From Callorhinchus milii (taxonomy: Eukaryota): 64,000 bases of DNA. Shown in pieces: positions 11,842 to 25,433 of this stretch. Within the stretch, counting starts at the first letter, position 1; the number at the start of each line of letters is the position of its first letter. Where the stretch lies: assembly GCF_018977255.1 (NCBI RefSeq), contig NW_024704742.1:38256001-38320000 (forward strand). The letters are read 5' to 3'. Below the pieces are notes generated by a model, which searched no databases, had not been told where the DNA came from, and worked only from the letters and a program-made list of their open reading frames with translations. The translations under genes were made by a program, and so were the position numbers.

Positions 11842-13439
11842 GGAGAGCTGTGGGCAGGAGACGTATATTTATTGTGCTGACTTAGTTGATGATCCCATCC
11901 AATGCTCTTGCAGGTGCTGCTACACAATGCTTTATTTTGTGTTTATTGTTATCACTCGTAAAATCTTTGCTGATTTGCTGTGATCAGTTGCCACTGCTGT
12001 AGAGTGCTCCTCACTGAGTGGACTGTGCACTCGCTGAGAGATGCCACTGTCAGTCTGGTTCCTCTGACATAATAATATTACAGATAAAACACGTGTAGTC
12101 CAGAGAGTGCTGAGGCATCAGCTCTCTCTTTCTTTCTTCTCTTTATATGTCATTTAGGTAAACACTAAATTACATCACAGTAAAATAACGACTGACAATC
12201 AACCTTAAAGATCATGGATATAAACAAAATTAATATTATCTTCCACCACACAAGATCCTGGCCTGACATTTAATCTGGCATTGTGCTCCCCCACTGTCAA
12301 GCGCTCTAGGATGCTACCCTACATGAGGGGCGCTGTGTGAATGCAAGATTTTCTTGTTGTTATCTAATCCTTCAATAAATCATTTTCAAGAACCTGTTCC
12401 TCATTTTCAAATCACTCTCTCTATTCTACCCCTGCAATCATCTCCAGCCCATGTCTCAACCCATTCCCAAAATATTCCCTCTCCCTTCACTCCACTCAAT
12501 TCTGGAGGCCAAACACCTTTCAGTCCTCATGCCCATGACCTCCAGAAATCTCTTCCCAAACTACTTTGTCTTACTACCTCTCTCCCTGACTTCAACACTC
12601 TACCCGCAAAGACTTCTTCCATTTCTTCAGTCACCTCTAAATCCCTTCCACGTCTTGCTTGGCATCCACTGGATCCCATTATTGTGTTGAGATGTTACTT
12701 AATGTGAAATATATGTTGATAATTTTGATCCTTTCAGGCAAAGACTTCAGCGCAGGCTGGCCAGTTTGCCCTTTGAACATTATCGAGCATTGCTGGAAGC
12801 TAAAGCGGCAAAGCTTCCAATGCTCATGGTTTGATTTCCTTCTATCTAATTTCCGTTTTTGTAACCCGGTTATCTGTATTGTTCAGTTTGACTGAGGTTT
12901 TAATCTTAACCGTTGCCTGATTATTACTGTATTTAATTTGTTGTTGAGCTATATTCTGAAATCAATCAAATCAAAATTGTTTATTTTATTATACGGAGTT
13001 TATTATGTTAAGCTCTGAGTTGCTGGATCTTCAATAAATGGTACAGTGTTTGAAGTGCCAGGGGATTAAAAAAAAGTATAAATAATGTAATCCTTATATT
13101 GTAAGAACGTGTCAAAACATTTCACAGGTTATATTGTAGAGTGGACTGACTGTGTCACGTGGGCACACATGGCAGCCAATTTATTTTGCATACAACAATC
13201 ATGAAGTGAATGACTAATTTTATTTAGAGGTTTGTCAGCCAGGACACTGAGAGAAGCTCCCTTCTGTTTTCGAATAGTGTCATGGGATCTTTAATGTCCA
13301 GGACTCTTCAGGACTCTTCAGCTTGTGTCATCCCGCAACAAGCAGGACAAGGGGATTACCCCCAACCTCACTTAGCTTTATTGGCTCCCAATCCCCCAGT
13401 GGATTCGATTCAAGATCTTCATTTTCCTCATGATTTTTG

Positions 13440-13575
13440 TTTGGCAAAGGCATCAAGGGATATGGGACAAAGACGGTTAACTGGAGTTGAGGTATAAATC
13501 AGCCATGATCTAATAGAATGGCGAACAGGCTCGAGGGGCTGAATAGCCTACTTCTATTCCTATGATCCTATGTTC
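13440..13575 (+). mobile_element. CR1 LINE 3' tail fragment
   Basis: tcagccatgatctaatagaatggcgaacaggctcgaggggctgaatagcctac...cctatg, similar to the CR1 ends at 25250-25355 and 54970-55100. Confidence 0.8.
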
Positions 13576-15057
13576 TTTCAATTCCCACTTTACACCACCC
13601 TACTGGGACCTCCTGTAATGTTGCTGACCCAGCTGCTGCCTTCACTCAGGAAATGCCAGCCTGCTCCATGCCCCTGCCTATCCACCCATCATCGTTGGGC
13701 AAACATTTAGCCATTCTGCCCCCACTCTCTGCAATTCTATCCTGAAGCACTTCCAACTCACCCATTCCGTCCGCTTTTAAAGCCCACCTCAAGACTTATT
13801 TCTTTGGCTTTCGGTCATACTTACTTCCTTTTCCCAACCTCTTCCACTCCTTTGCCCCCTGTCCCATCCCCACCTTGCCTCGGGTGGGTAGCCAGATGTG
13901 TTAAGCACTTTGAAACATTCTCCTGTCATGAAAGGTGCTGCACAAATGTAAATTATATTGTGCCAGACGTACCTATTCCAAAAGGGAAGGGAGTTTCTTC
14001 TGGTGTCCTGGCCAATAATCCCATAACAAAATTGGTTATTGGTTCTTGTCTATGCAAATTGGTTGCTGTGTTTGCCCAGTCACTAAATACACGGTCACTG
14101 TACTGCGTAACCATGTGATTCAGGAACTTGTTTACCAAAGGATCGTTGTCATTCAATATTCCATTGGTGCGGAGCATGTACACGAAGGGAACAGGAGATG
14201 GCAGTGTGGTAATAGCACAGAGTTTCACCCACAAACTACACAATCAATCCACTCTATAATATATTCTGTGATGCGCTTTGAGCTGTCCCAACGACGTGAT
14301 AAGGCGCTATATTAAATGCAAAGATTAGTATGACTACTTTCTCATTTATTATGACTACTTTCTCATTTATGTTAATGTCAGGTTCAAACATATGGCATCC
14401 TAGCAATTAACTAGCCAAGTCATATTTTTTGTTTGATTGTTGCTCAATAAAATCTTATTAACTAAAACTTTAAACTTTTTTTGTCTATATGCCATGATTT
14501 GATTCGACACAGCGATTTGTTGGAGGTATATTTTACATATCACTTCTCCATGAGAGAAGAAAAACTTTCATCTCAAGTTTCACATCAGGTTTGATGACTG
14601 TGTAGTTATATCTGTATTTAACGTGTGTATTGTATTTATATCCTCCAGTTCTGCAATTGCTGACAAGTTCAAAAATATCTCACGGCAGGAGGGGCGGAGT
14701 GAGGGTTGTTGCCCTGGGCAGAATGTTGAGTTCGCAAACCAGGCTGACATCCAATGTAAAGATTATAAGAACACAGTGCACGAACACCGATAGCTACAAA
14801 TTAATCAAGTCCTTGACAATTTTGATTTTCCAAGAGGCTTGCCAACCAACAAAAGTGAATAAAAAGTTATAATCCTTCTCTTTGATCTCTGACCCAGATA
14901 CCTAATTCAATGGAATTGTTTCTGAAGTCTGAATCAGATTTTTATCCCAAATGAGTAACTGACCTCGGGCAGTATTTATTTACAAAAGATAAATGATTGC
15001 TGAAACAGGTTACTAGGAATGATGATTCAGACCAAGTTATTGGAATAATTTAATAAT

Positions 15058-15153
15058 GTGGATTCCCGTAGCTCATTAGTTAGAGCATTCGCCTCACAAG
15101 GGAGAGAAACCTGGGTTTGATTCCCAGCAGGGTGAAATGTTGGCCAAATTTCC

Positions 15154-15212
<59 letters not shown>

Positions 15213-15730
15213 CCTTGCATTTGATATAGCGCTTTTCACGTCGGGAGGACGTCCCAAAGCGCTTCACAGAACACACTGTAAAGTGAATTGACTGTATATT
15301 TGTGGGCGAACGCGGCAGCCAATTGCGCACAGCAATGTCCCACAAACAGTCATGGATTGAAAATGACCAATTTATTATTGTTTTTTTTTTGGAGGCATTA
15401 TTATTAGGCTCTGTGTGGAGTAAGGAAACTTGCCCAAGGTTTCGCCCTCTGCCTGGAATTGAACTCAGGTCTCTCGCTTGCAAAGCGAGTGCTCTAACCA
15501 CTGAGCTACAGGACTCCATACACCTCTGTTTATCTAGCAATAAGTAGGAACCCGCTTGTTTGTCAATTGGCAGATCGCTTTTCCAGGGGTAAAAATTCCT
15601 TCCTAAAAAATTGACAACTGTGTGTGGACACTGCTGTGCGTAATTAGCTGCCACGTTTCGCCCGCAAAATATACAGTTAATTCACTTTACAGTATATTCT
15701 GTGAAGTGTTTTGAGAGTCTCAAAGGCATG
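15058..15730 (+). mobile_element. tRNA-head SINE, long variant, interrupted by an inverted short copy
   Basis: Head at 15058-15156 resumes at 15519 (tacacctctgtttatctagc). Confidence 0.85.
15157..15518 (-). mobile_element. Young tRNA-head SINE, short variant, with long (TTA)n tail
   Basis: Near-identical to copies at 25434, 39606 and 43930; about 55 nt of pure TAA repeat. Confidence 0.93.
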
Positions 15731-16560
15731 ATTTGCAGCTTGTGGAGGGGTGAGGCAGTGGTGGAGCCAGGCAATGTTGCGGAGGTGGAGGAGGCAAAGC
15801 GGTTCATGGCACAAGTGTGGGGGAGAAAGGACAGTCGAAGGTCAAACAACATGCCAAGGTTCTGGACTGGCTTAGTAAGGTGGAGTGTGCAACCATGGAT
15901 GGTGATGCTGTCAGTGCCTGAGGTGTGGGGCACTGACGGAGCCAATCAGCAGAGCCTCGGTCTTGTTGACGTTCAACTGAAGAAAATTAGCTCTCATCCA
16001 GGACTTGATGTCTGACAGACATTCTGTCAGGACAGCAGTGGCCCTGGAGTCAAGGGTGGAGGCAGAGAGGTAGAGTTGGTATAATTCGCATACATTTGGA
16101 AGTTGACCCCATATCTGCGGATGATGTCACCAAGAAGGAGCATATAGATATTGAAGAGGAGGGAACCAAGGATAAAGCTCTGAACCTTGCACAAGAGGGT
16201 GCGGGGGCTAGAGGAGAAGCCGTTTGTGGAGATGAAGTGGAGACTGTGTGAGAGGTAGGATCTGAACCATTCAAGACAGAACCATGAAGGTTGAGGTGAG
16301 AGGCTAGATGGTGGAGGAGGATAGAGTGTACCAAAGGCAGCAGAGAGGTCAAGGAGGATGAGGAGACAGAAACAAATACGAGGAAACAATGGACAGAATG
16401 GCACGTGTCACTGTGACCAAAGCTGTTTCTGTGCTATGCAGGAGAGGAAGGAGCAAAGCTGGGTAGCAACGACACGTTCAACGTTTTTGGAAAGGAAACA
16501 GAGGTTAGAGATGAGGTGGTAATTTGAGAACAGGGTTGGGTCCAAGGAGTAAAAGAGGAA
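15730..16560 (-). mobile_element. L2 LINE ORF2 (RT) fragment, degenerate
   Basis: Minus-strand ORFs contain LILLDLSAAF, WFRSYLS, LGSLLFNIYM and NLCFLSKNVERVVATQL. Confidence 0.88.
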
Positions 16561-16844
16561 ATGCAAACTTTTGTTTAAAAAACATTTCACTAAACAAGAG
16601 GAACCAACTTGTTGGGCTGACCTTTTTTTATTGTATGCTTTCTGATGCTCATAAAAGGAATACATTTAAATGAAAATATAATTTTCATTTTTTTAACTTT
16701 TTAAATTTTTTTTACATTTCCTTTTTTACTGCCTTTACCATTTGTTGAAAAGTCTCAGGATAAATAAGTACATCATTTTTTATGGGCATAAATTATTGAA
16801 TGGGATCAGGGCTTGTATCTCTGTATCTGGCTCAGCACAAACAA

Positions 16845-17130
16845 TATAGCACCTTATCACGTCATTGAGACGTCTCAAAGCGCTTCACAGAATATACTAT
16901 AAAGTGAATTTACTGTATATTTTGTGGGTGAAACGAGCCCGCCAATTACGCACAGCAGTGTCCAACAGTCATGGATTGAGTGGCCAAATTATTTTATTTT
17001 TCTTGTTTGAAGGGATTATCACCCTCGGAAAAGCTATCCACCAATCGACTAACAACCGGGTTCCTACTTACTGCTAAGTAAACAGGCATGTGCAGTCAGG
17101 AAGTTTGCCTAAGGTCGAACCCAGGTGCCA
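16845..17130 (-). mobile_element. tRNA-head SINE, long variant, degraded
   Basis: Reverse complement of the family body and tail. Confidence 0.8.
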
Positions 17131-17732
17131 AGACAAGTAAATATCATTGTCCCCACTGTGGAAAAAGCAGATGCCGAGGCACAGTTAAGCTATTTGAATA
17201 AAATGGAAACAGTGTAACCTTGGTGTTGCTTTCTAAAATAATAAACAAACACACTGTTTGACATAAATGAATTTCCATGGTGTCTTGACCAACAATTCCC
17301 CAAATAAAATTGGTTATTGGTTTCAAGGCTGTTTGTGGTATATTGCTGTGTGCAATTGTGCTGGCACAGTCGCCTACAAATACACAGTCACTCTATTTCA
17401 CAGTAAATCCTGTAAACCACTTTTGGACATCCTTCCAACATGAAAGGCGCTTTACAAAATGTAAGGATTATTATTTGTTTAAAATAATAATCCATGCATT
17501 TGATATAATGCCTCGTCATCGAAACGTCTTAAGGCGCTTCACAGGATATACTGTAAAATGGATTGATTTTGTGTTTTGTGGGCAAATCGCGGTGGCCAGT
17601 CGCACACAGCAGTGTGTCCACAAACAGCCAGGGAAAGAGTGGTCAATTTTATCTGGGGAATTATTGGCCAGAACACCAAGGGAAACTCCTTTCTCTTTTT
17701 AAATAGTGCCATGGGATCTTTAACGTCTTTAA

Positions 17733-18556
17733 GACCGAGGCTCTACTGATGGGCTCCTGTCAGTGCCTCCATAACTCAGATGCTGATAGCATCACCATCC
17801 ATGATTGCACACTCCACCTTACTAAACCATTCTGGAGCTTTGGCATCTTGTTTGACGCTCAACTATCCTTTCTACCCCACATCAACGCCATGACCCGCTC
17901 TGATTTTCCCCACCTTCACAACATCACCCGGCTCCAACACTGTCTCACACCGAAGGCCACCGAAACACTCCAAATGCATTCATAAAATCCAGGCTTGACT
18001 ATGCATACTTCCTGCTTGTCGGCCTCCCCAACTCCTCCCTCTATCGACTGTAGATTATCAAAAACTCTGCAGCCAGTGACGTTCCCCACACCAAGCTCCG
18101 TGATCTTATCATTACCATCCCCACCCGACTCTACTGGCTTCTCATCACACAGATGATACAATTCAAGATCCTGGTCCTCACCTTCAAAGCCCTCCATGGC
18201 CTTGCACCCGCCCCCACCTCTGTAATATCCTAACCCTCTACCAACCTGCCCGTTCCCCCTCACTCAGCGGGCTCCAGCCTGCTTCACGTGCCCCGCCTCG
18301 CCCACCCCACCATTGGCGGGTGAGCTTTCAGCAACTCTGCCCCCATGATCTGGAACTCCTTCCTGCAATCCTTCTGCCTCGCCCCTCCCTTGCCTCCTTC
18401 AAGACCCGTCTCAAGACCCTCCTCATCGACCGTGTCTTTGATCACGCTCCTTCACCCCCTGCCCTCCACCCTCCCCGTTCCCGATCCCCAGCTCAGGTCC
18501 GGAACACTGACTGTCCAGCGCCTTCTGATGTCTTCCTAAATTTTGTTGTTGTTGTT
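17733..18556 (+). mobile_element. L2 LINE 3' portion
   Basis: Homologous to 9480-10268; ends in (TTG)n. Confidence 0.88.
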
Positions 18557-19439
18557 GCAAGCCGAAGCCTCATTGGGTACAGAGGTAAAGCTGGACAAGC
18601 AGCGGAAAGTTTGCCAGGCATTATTCACTATGGTTGCATGGCTTTAAGTGTTTCGCCCACAAAATATATAGTTAATTCACTTTACAGTGTATCCTGTGAA
18701 GTGCTTTGAGATGTTCCGAAGATGTGATAAGGAGCTAAATCAAATGCAAGGATTATTATACGTGATTTCTTCACCATACACCAATACGTACACTGGAATT
18801 CCCAAATCTTGCCAACTGGTGCCTAATCTTTCGAGGATAAGGTCAGCAAGTCTTGGCCTTCCGGGGAGAGTGTGCAATTTGTACCTGATGAAAAGGAATT
18901 TCTATCCATGCATAAAATTCTCTGTAGTTTACTTTTGGTACTCTTAAGGAGGTGTCAGACACCAGGCTGACCAAACCAAACACAGCAAGACAGGTTGCTG
19001 GAGGTTTAGGATTAGCTATTCCCATCCAGAATGGCATCACTGAAAAGCCTTCTGTTCATTGTAAAATAAATGTTGTTGAATGACCGCGAATCTACACCAG
19101 CAATGTTATACAAACAACAGATAAAATTTAAACTGAAGAAGAAGAAAAAAGAAAGAGAAACGAGAAAACAGCACCTTGAAGGACGAATAAAATGGAACAC
19201 AGCTCACGATACGAACACTGAGTTAGTGCTACACACTTGTAATGGAAATTGATTGAACCTGATCATAAATTCACGTTTAAGGATTTTTCTAAACGGGATT
19301 TTTCCTGGTTTGTTTTAGTTTTTTAATATTATTAATAATAATCCTTGCATTTGATGCAGTGCCTCATCACATCATTGAGATGTCTCAAAGTGCCTCACAC
19401 GATTTACTGCAAAGTCCCTTAGGCTTTTTCTAAAAAAAT

Positions 19440-19659
19440 TCAGGTGATGAGAAAGAAAAATGAAAAGCTTCCCAGGTTTCTTTGCAAAATGGGTGTCTAA
19501 AACCCAACAAATGCTTTGTGGTAACCAACAAATAGGAATCAGACTAAAACTGGCAAAGGGCCAGAGAACTACCTATATAGAGAGGTGTGCTTCTGAATCC
19601 ACCCTAACTGGCTTTGCTACATTGTAAAGAAAGGAGCTCCAGAACCTGTCAATTTCCTG
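19440..19659 (+). promoter_or_regulatory. PLAC8 copy B putative promoter and non-coding exon 1
   Basis: TATATAG at 19574-19580 and donor CTG|GTGAGT at 19660; paralogous to 2850-3056. Confidence 0.68.
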
Positions 19660-21344
19660 GTGAGTGATTCAGATTTCTCAAGTGGATTTTAAAAGAAATA
19701 GGTGTAATTATTGTATGTGCAGAGATTGAAGTATTTTAACGTCTGAGCTCAAGTGACATTGAGAGAGGGATTTAAGTCAAAAATGCACTGGGAGGTGTGA
19801 GGAGAGCCTGAAGAGTCACTGGCTGTAGAGTTTGATCGGAGCCACAATGCACAACGTATCATGCTCTGCAGTCCTAGTTATTGATATTGGATCTCAAAAG
19901 TGGATTTTGATGGAAAGCAGGGACAGAGTGGAGGAAGTTTTTCTGTCATGTTTGATCTATACTATATCTGCTGTAATCCAGTTGTGGAGCCAGCTGTAAG
20001 TTCAGTCCCTGAGCTACTTTTCTGACCAGAGCTTTTGTCACTGCTGGAGTTTGGTTTTAAACTGTTAACATTTTCACCCTCACAAGCTGTCCTCTGCAGT
20101 AACTGACTTACTGGAGGTGCAGGCTGTGGCTTATTTTCAGAATTAATGTTCAAAACTAATTTCTTTGTCCACGCTTCGTAATTACAAACATGCAACCCAT
20201 ATCCTCTTCTGCATCAGGCGCCACTTACCCAGTTTATCCCCACCATCGCCAGGATCCACTAGTTGCCAGTACCCTAAAGCAGGGCATTTTTTAAGGAATT
20301 TTCACTAGTGTGGAACTGAATTCAAAGGGGCACTTTTATCCCACACCCAGAAACATTAAACGCAGATGAAGTAATGCTTCTTCATATATTAGTTTCAAAC
20401 CTTAGAATGACTAAAATAATATGAAAGCAGGAATCTAATAAGTAATAATCATACAATATCTTTAATTATCAAATAAGATTCTGTAGAATTTGCCTAAAAT
20501 TCTGTAAAAAAACTGCCTAAGTGGTGACCGCTTGACAACTGCCGAAGAAATCGCTGTTACCTTTATTATTATTATGGAAGGGCAATTTACTGGTGGGGAA
20601 TCTTGAAACTATTGTTGGGGATCCTAGGATCTGGTGGGAATTTTCTCCACCACCTTATATGTTAAAAAAATGCCCTGTCCCAGGGTGACTGAATTTAAGA
20701 TCTTCATCTTGATTTTCAAACGCCTTCAAGATCTTATCTCAGCAGTGCCCCAGTGCACACTTGGGAATCTCCAAGCCTCAGCTCTTAACACCCTGAGCCT
20801 AATACTCTCCAGAATTAAGTAAACTAGTTGCAGCCCTCTGGGGAGAGAACATGTGTTCCATTCCATAAACAGAGATTCCCATGTGTAGGTTGGATCCATA
20901 GAATTCTCAGTCTGGTTTGGATACCCTTAAGCATGGTGTTGAGTTTCCACATGTGTCAGGCACCCGTCTGACCAAACAAAATCGTATCCCAACTGACCTC
21001 TCTATCTCCTCCTATCCTATTTTCCAGCCCGAATCCTTCATTCCTCAGATTTTGGTCATTACTCATTGCACCCATTCTCCCTTGCCTTAAGACATGGTTC
21101 CCTGCTCTGGAATTTTTTCTCAATATCTCTCTGCTTTGCCCCTTTCTCTGAAGCATAGTGAGAGATTTTCATGTGTCAAAAGCAATGTCAGGGGGTCATA
21201 GACACATTAGTTGATTGGGCAGAGAGATGGTGGATAAAATTGAATGCAGATAAAAGTGAGGTTATACTTTTTGAGAGAAAGAATAGGGAGATCAGGTATC
21301 TGTTAAATGGTAACACTTAAAAAAAATTCTTTACATTTGTCTTT

Positions 21345-22380
21345 GTTAGAATACATTAGAATACATTAGAATATACAGCACAGAAACAGGCCATTTGGCC
21401 CAACTGATCCATGCCGGTGTTTATGCTCCACATGAGCTTCCTCCTGCCCTTCCTCAACTAAGCCTTCAAGCATAACCTTCTATTCCTTTCTCCCTCATGT
21501 ACCTATCTAGCTTCCCCTTAAATACATCTACGCTATTTGCCTCAACGGCTCCTTGTGGTAGCATGTTCCACATTCCCTCTGTGTGAAGAAATTTCTTCTA
21601 ACTTCCCTATTTGATCTATTTGTGACTATTTTATATTGATGGCCCCTGGTTTTAGTCTCCCCCACAAGTGGAAACATCTTCCCTATGTCTACCCTATCAA
21701 AACCTTTCATTATTTTAAAGACCTCTATCAGGTCATCCCTCACCCTCCTCTTTTCAAGAGAAAAGTCCAAGTACGTTCAGCCTTTTCTGATAGGTATAAC
21801 CTCTCAGTTCTGGGATCATCCTTGTGAATCTCCTGTGCACCCTCTCCAGTGCCTCCACATCCCTTGTATAACGTGGGGACCAGAACTGCACACAATATTC
21901 TAAGTGTGGTCTAACCAATGTTCTACAGCAGTTCACCATAACTTCACTGCTTTTTATTTCTATCCCACTAGAAACGAACTCCAATGCCTGGTTTGCTTTT
22001 ATTATGGCCTTATTAACCTGCGTTGCCACATTTAGTGAATTGTGCATGTGTACCCCTAGATCCCTTTGCTCCTCAACCCCATTTAGGTCTTTATTTTCCA
22101 GGACATATGTGACTTCCTTATTCCTTCTACCAAAATGTACCACCTCACACTTTTCTACATTTAAATGTATTTGCCATTTAAATGCCCATTCAGCAAGTTT
22201 ATTAATGTCTTGCTGTAATTTGTTGCAGTCCTCCTCTGTAATAACACCAATTTGGTGGCATCTGCAAATTTTGTACTGCTGATTCCCGAGTCCAAATCAT
22301 TAATGTATATTGTGAACAACAGTGGTCCCAATATTGATCCTTGTGGAACACCACTGCCCACCCCCTGCCAGTCTGAGTAG
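21345..22380 (-). mobile_element. CR1 LINE ORF2 C-terminus and tail
   Basis: ORFs contain [31 protein letters not shown] and [15 protein letters not shown]; tandem tagaatacat tail. Confidence 0.92.
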
Positions 22381-22999
22381 CTCTACTTCTGCCGACTTCT
22401 CCTCCATTTTCTCCTCCGTCAATCTCTCCCTCCACATCCACTCACCCACCCATGTCTGCGGTCATTCCCTCGACCTGGTGATCACTCGGGGCCTCACCAT
22501 CTTGGACCTCACCATCATCGACAAAGATATCTCATCACTTCATATCTCTTAACTCTTCAATCCCTCTCCCCACTGCCACCCAACCCACCTCCATCTCCTA
22601 CCACCCCTGAGAGAAAAATAGTTTCCTTTTGTTCAGTGAAATGTTTTTTCAGGCACCAGTTAGCAAGATTTGGGAATTCCAATGTATGTATTGGTGTACG
22701 GTGGAGAAATCACTTATAATAATCCTTGCATTTGATACAGCTCCTTATCAAGTCTTTGGAATGTCTCAAAAATACTTCACAGGATACACTGTAAAGTGAG
22801 TTAACTGTATATTTTGTGGTAGAAACACTAAGTCATGCAACAATAGTTAATAATGCCTGGCAAACTTTCTGCTGCTTGTCCAGCATTACCTCTGTACCCA
22901 ATGAGGCTTTGGCTTCCAACAACAACAGCAAAATTACATTTGTATAGCGCCTTTCATGTCAGGAGGACGTCACAAGGCGCTGGACAGTCAGTGTTTCGG

Positions 23000-23287
23000 C
23001 CTCGCCCGTACCACCATTGGTGGGCGGGCTATCTGTCACTCTGCCCCCACCCTCTGGAACTCCATCCCGCAGTCCCTCCGTCTAACTCCCTCCCTTGCCT
23101 CCTTCAAGACCCATTCAAGACCCTCCTCTTCAACTGTGCTTTCAATCACCCTGCTTCCCCCCCTGCTCTCCACCCTCCCCATTCTCGACCCCCAGATGGG
23201 GCCCGAAACTCTGTCTGTCCAGCACCTTGGGACGTCCTCCCGACGTGAAAGGTGCTATACAAATGTAATTTTGTTGTTGTTGTTGTA
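23000..23287 (+). mobile_element. L2 LINE 3' end
   Basis: APTLWNSIPQSLR followed by tail gggacgtcctcccgacgtgaaaggtgctatacaaatgtaattttgttg. Confidence 0.85.
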
Positions 23288-24389
23288 GTTCCTGTTGCAT
23301 CAGAAGGACATCCCAAAGTACTTTGCAGGATATAATGTAAAGTGTAATTACAGTGTGTGTTTTGTTGGTGAATATGACAGCCAATTTGCACACAAACAGC
23401 CACAAAGTGAATGACCAATTTTATTTGGGGAATTGTTGGCTAGGACACCAGGATATCCTCCATTCTATTTTCCAATATTGCTATGAGATCTCTAACATCC
23501 ACCTGGACAGGCAGATGGATCTTGGAGGGAGGTGTTTGGCGGATGAACACTGGGCTTGAACTCCAGATTGTGTGGGCAGAACAGCTAAAAACCTATATAG
23601 TGGGGTTGGCATGAAACTGGCTGGTATTTGCTGAGTGCATGGAGCAGCCAGGCAGTAGAGTTACATACAGAAGGTCACAGAGTTAAGGTGACATGAGGTT
23701 GTGAAGAGATTTGAATGCAAGGACGAGAATCTTGTATTTGATTTGCTAGGGGATGGGAAGTGAATAGAGCTGAGCGAGGGTGGAAGTAATGAGTTTTGCA
23801 GGGCCCAGTGTGAGAGAGGATACAGCCTGCAGTGTTCTGGATAGTCTGCTGCTGGAGAGCCCAATGATCTGGTCATTAGATGAATCAAGCCTGGAAAGTG
23901 TTGATTCACCCCTTCCCTCGCCTCCTTCAGGTCCGCCTCAACACTTTCCTTTTTGACCTCCCCCAGCCCCACCCCCTCGGCTCCCACTCCCAGCTCTAGT
24001 GCAAGCGCTGAACTGTCCAGTGCATTGGGACATCGCAATGTGAAATATAAATTTGTTGTAATTGATAAGGGTCTGAGCAGCCCATTGGGGAGGCAGTGCT
24101 GGAGGCAGACAATGTTGTACCTACTGTTACATACAGGGGTCACAGAGGTAAGGTGACATGAGGCTCTTACTGTTTGATGCTCGGCTAACACTTGTTCTAG
24201 TCAATGAAAAGACACTCCATTCTCAGCAAGAGATTATTTATACCATGCAGGTTGCTTTGTAGAAATCATATTCTAATCTGTTTTACTTTCTATTCTGCTT
24301 CTGCAGCTTACTTTCTGTTCCACTTACTGTGTCACTTGTTATCTATATGACCTTCTAGAAGACACTAGATAAGATTATAAGTGGTTATT

Positions 24390-25358
24390 ATCACAAATGA
24401 AAGCTCATGGAATCTGAGATAACCTTGTGATGTGGCTTGGTAATTGGTTGGGAAGCAGGAAACGGAGAATAGGGATTAAGGGAACATTCTCTGATTGGGG
24501 GGATGTGACAAGTGGTGTTCCCGGGGGTCTGCACTGGAGCCTCAACTTTTTGTGGCAGATGGAGTTTAATGGGAGGATGTGTGAGGTCATTCATTATCAA
24601 TCCAAAAAAGACAAAACAGAATATTTTCTTTATGGGGAGAAACTGCAGAGGACCAAAGAATTTGGATGTCCTTGTGCACAAATTACTAAAAACAAGCTCG
24701 TAGGTACAAAACCTTATCAAAAAGGCTAATGGGATGTTGGCTATCTTAAGGGGCCCGCAATATAAAGAAGAGAAAGATGCTTCAAATATATAGAGCCTTG
24801 GTCAGACTCCATCTGGAGTGCTGCGTTCAGTTTGGGGCACCCCAACTCAGGAAGGATATATTGGCTCTGGAGGGGGTGCAGCCCAAATTCACCAGAATGA
24901 TACCAGGGCTTAAAGGGTTAAATTATGAGGACAGGTTGTATAAACTTGGTCTCTATTCCCTTGAATTTAGAAGGTTGAGGGGTGATCTGATTAAGGTGCT
25001 TAAAATAATAAAGGGATTTGATAGGGTAGATACAGAGAAACTATTTCCTCTGATGGGGAATCCAGAACATGGGGGCATAAGTTTAATATTAGAGCTGAGC
25101 CATTTAGGAGTGAAATCAGGAGGCAATTTTTCAAGCAAAGGATGGTGGAAATCTGGAACTCTCTCTCCTAAAAGACTGTGGATGTTGGATCTATTCAAAT
25201 TTTCAAGACTGAGGTGCATAGATATTTGCTAGGTTAGGGTATTAAGCGATACTGGGCAAGGGAGGGCAATTGGAGTTGAGGTACAGACCAGCCATGATCT
25301 TATAGAATGGTGGAACAGACTTGAGGAACTGAATGGCCTACTCCTGTTCCTATGTTTC
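24390..25358 (+). mobile_element. CR1 LINE 3' portion
   Basis: ORF 24777..25232 (LVRLHLECCVQFGAP...SLEFRRLRGDLI); CR1 tail gaatggcctactcctgttcctatg. Confidence 0.92.
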
Positions 25359-25433
25359 TGCAGCTTTCTGGGACAAAACATTCAACATCTTCACAACCCT
25401 CTGTGTGAAGAAATCTGAGGTCAGCTTCCTCAG

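Noticed and set aside
14329..14370. 21-bp tandem duplication (also a 31-bp period repeat at 29436-29491)
   Set aside because: Two-copy slippage duplications with no sign of function.
15027..15654. Poly-Ile and poly-Tyr ORFs
   Set aside because: They are translations of the (TTA)n SINE tail.
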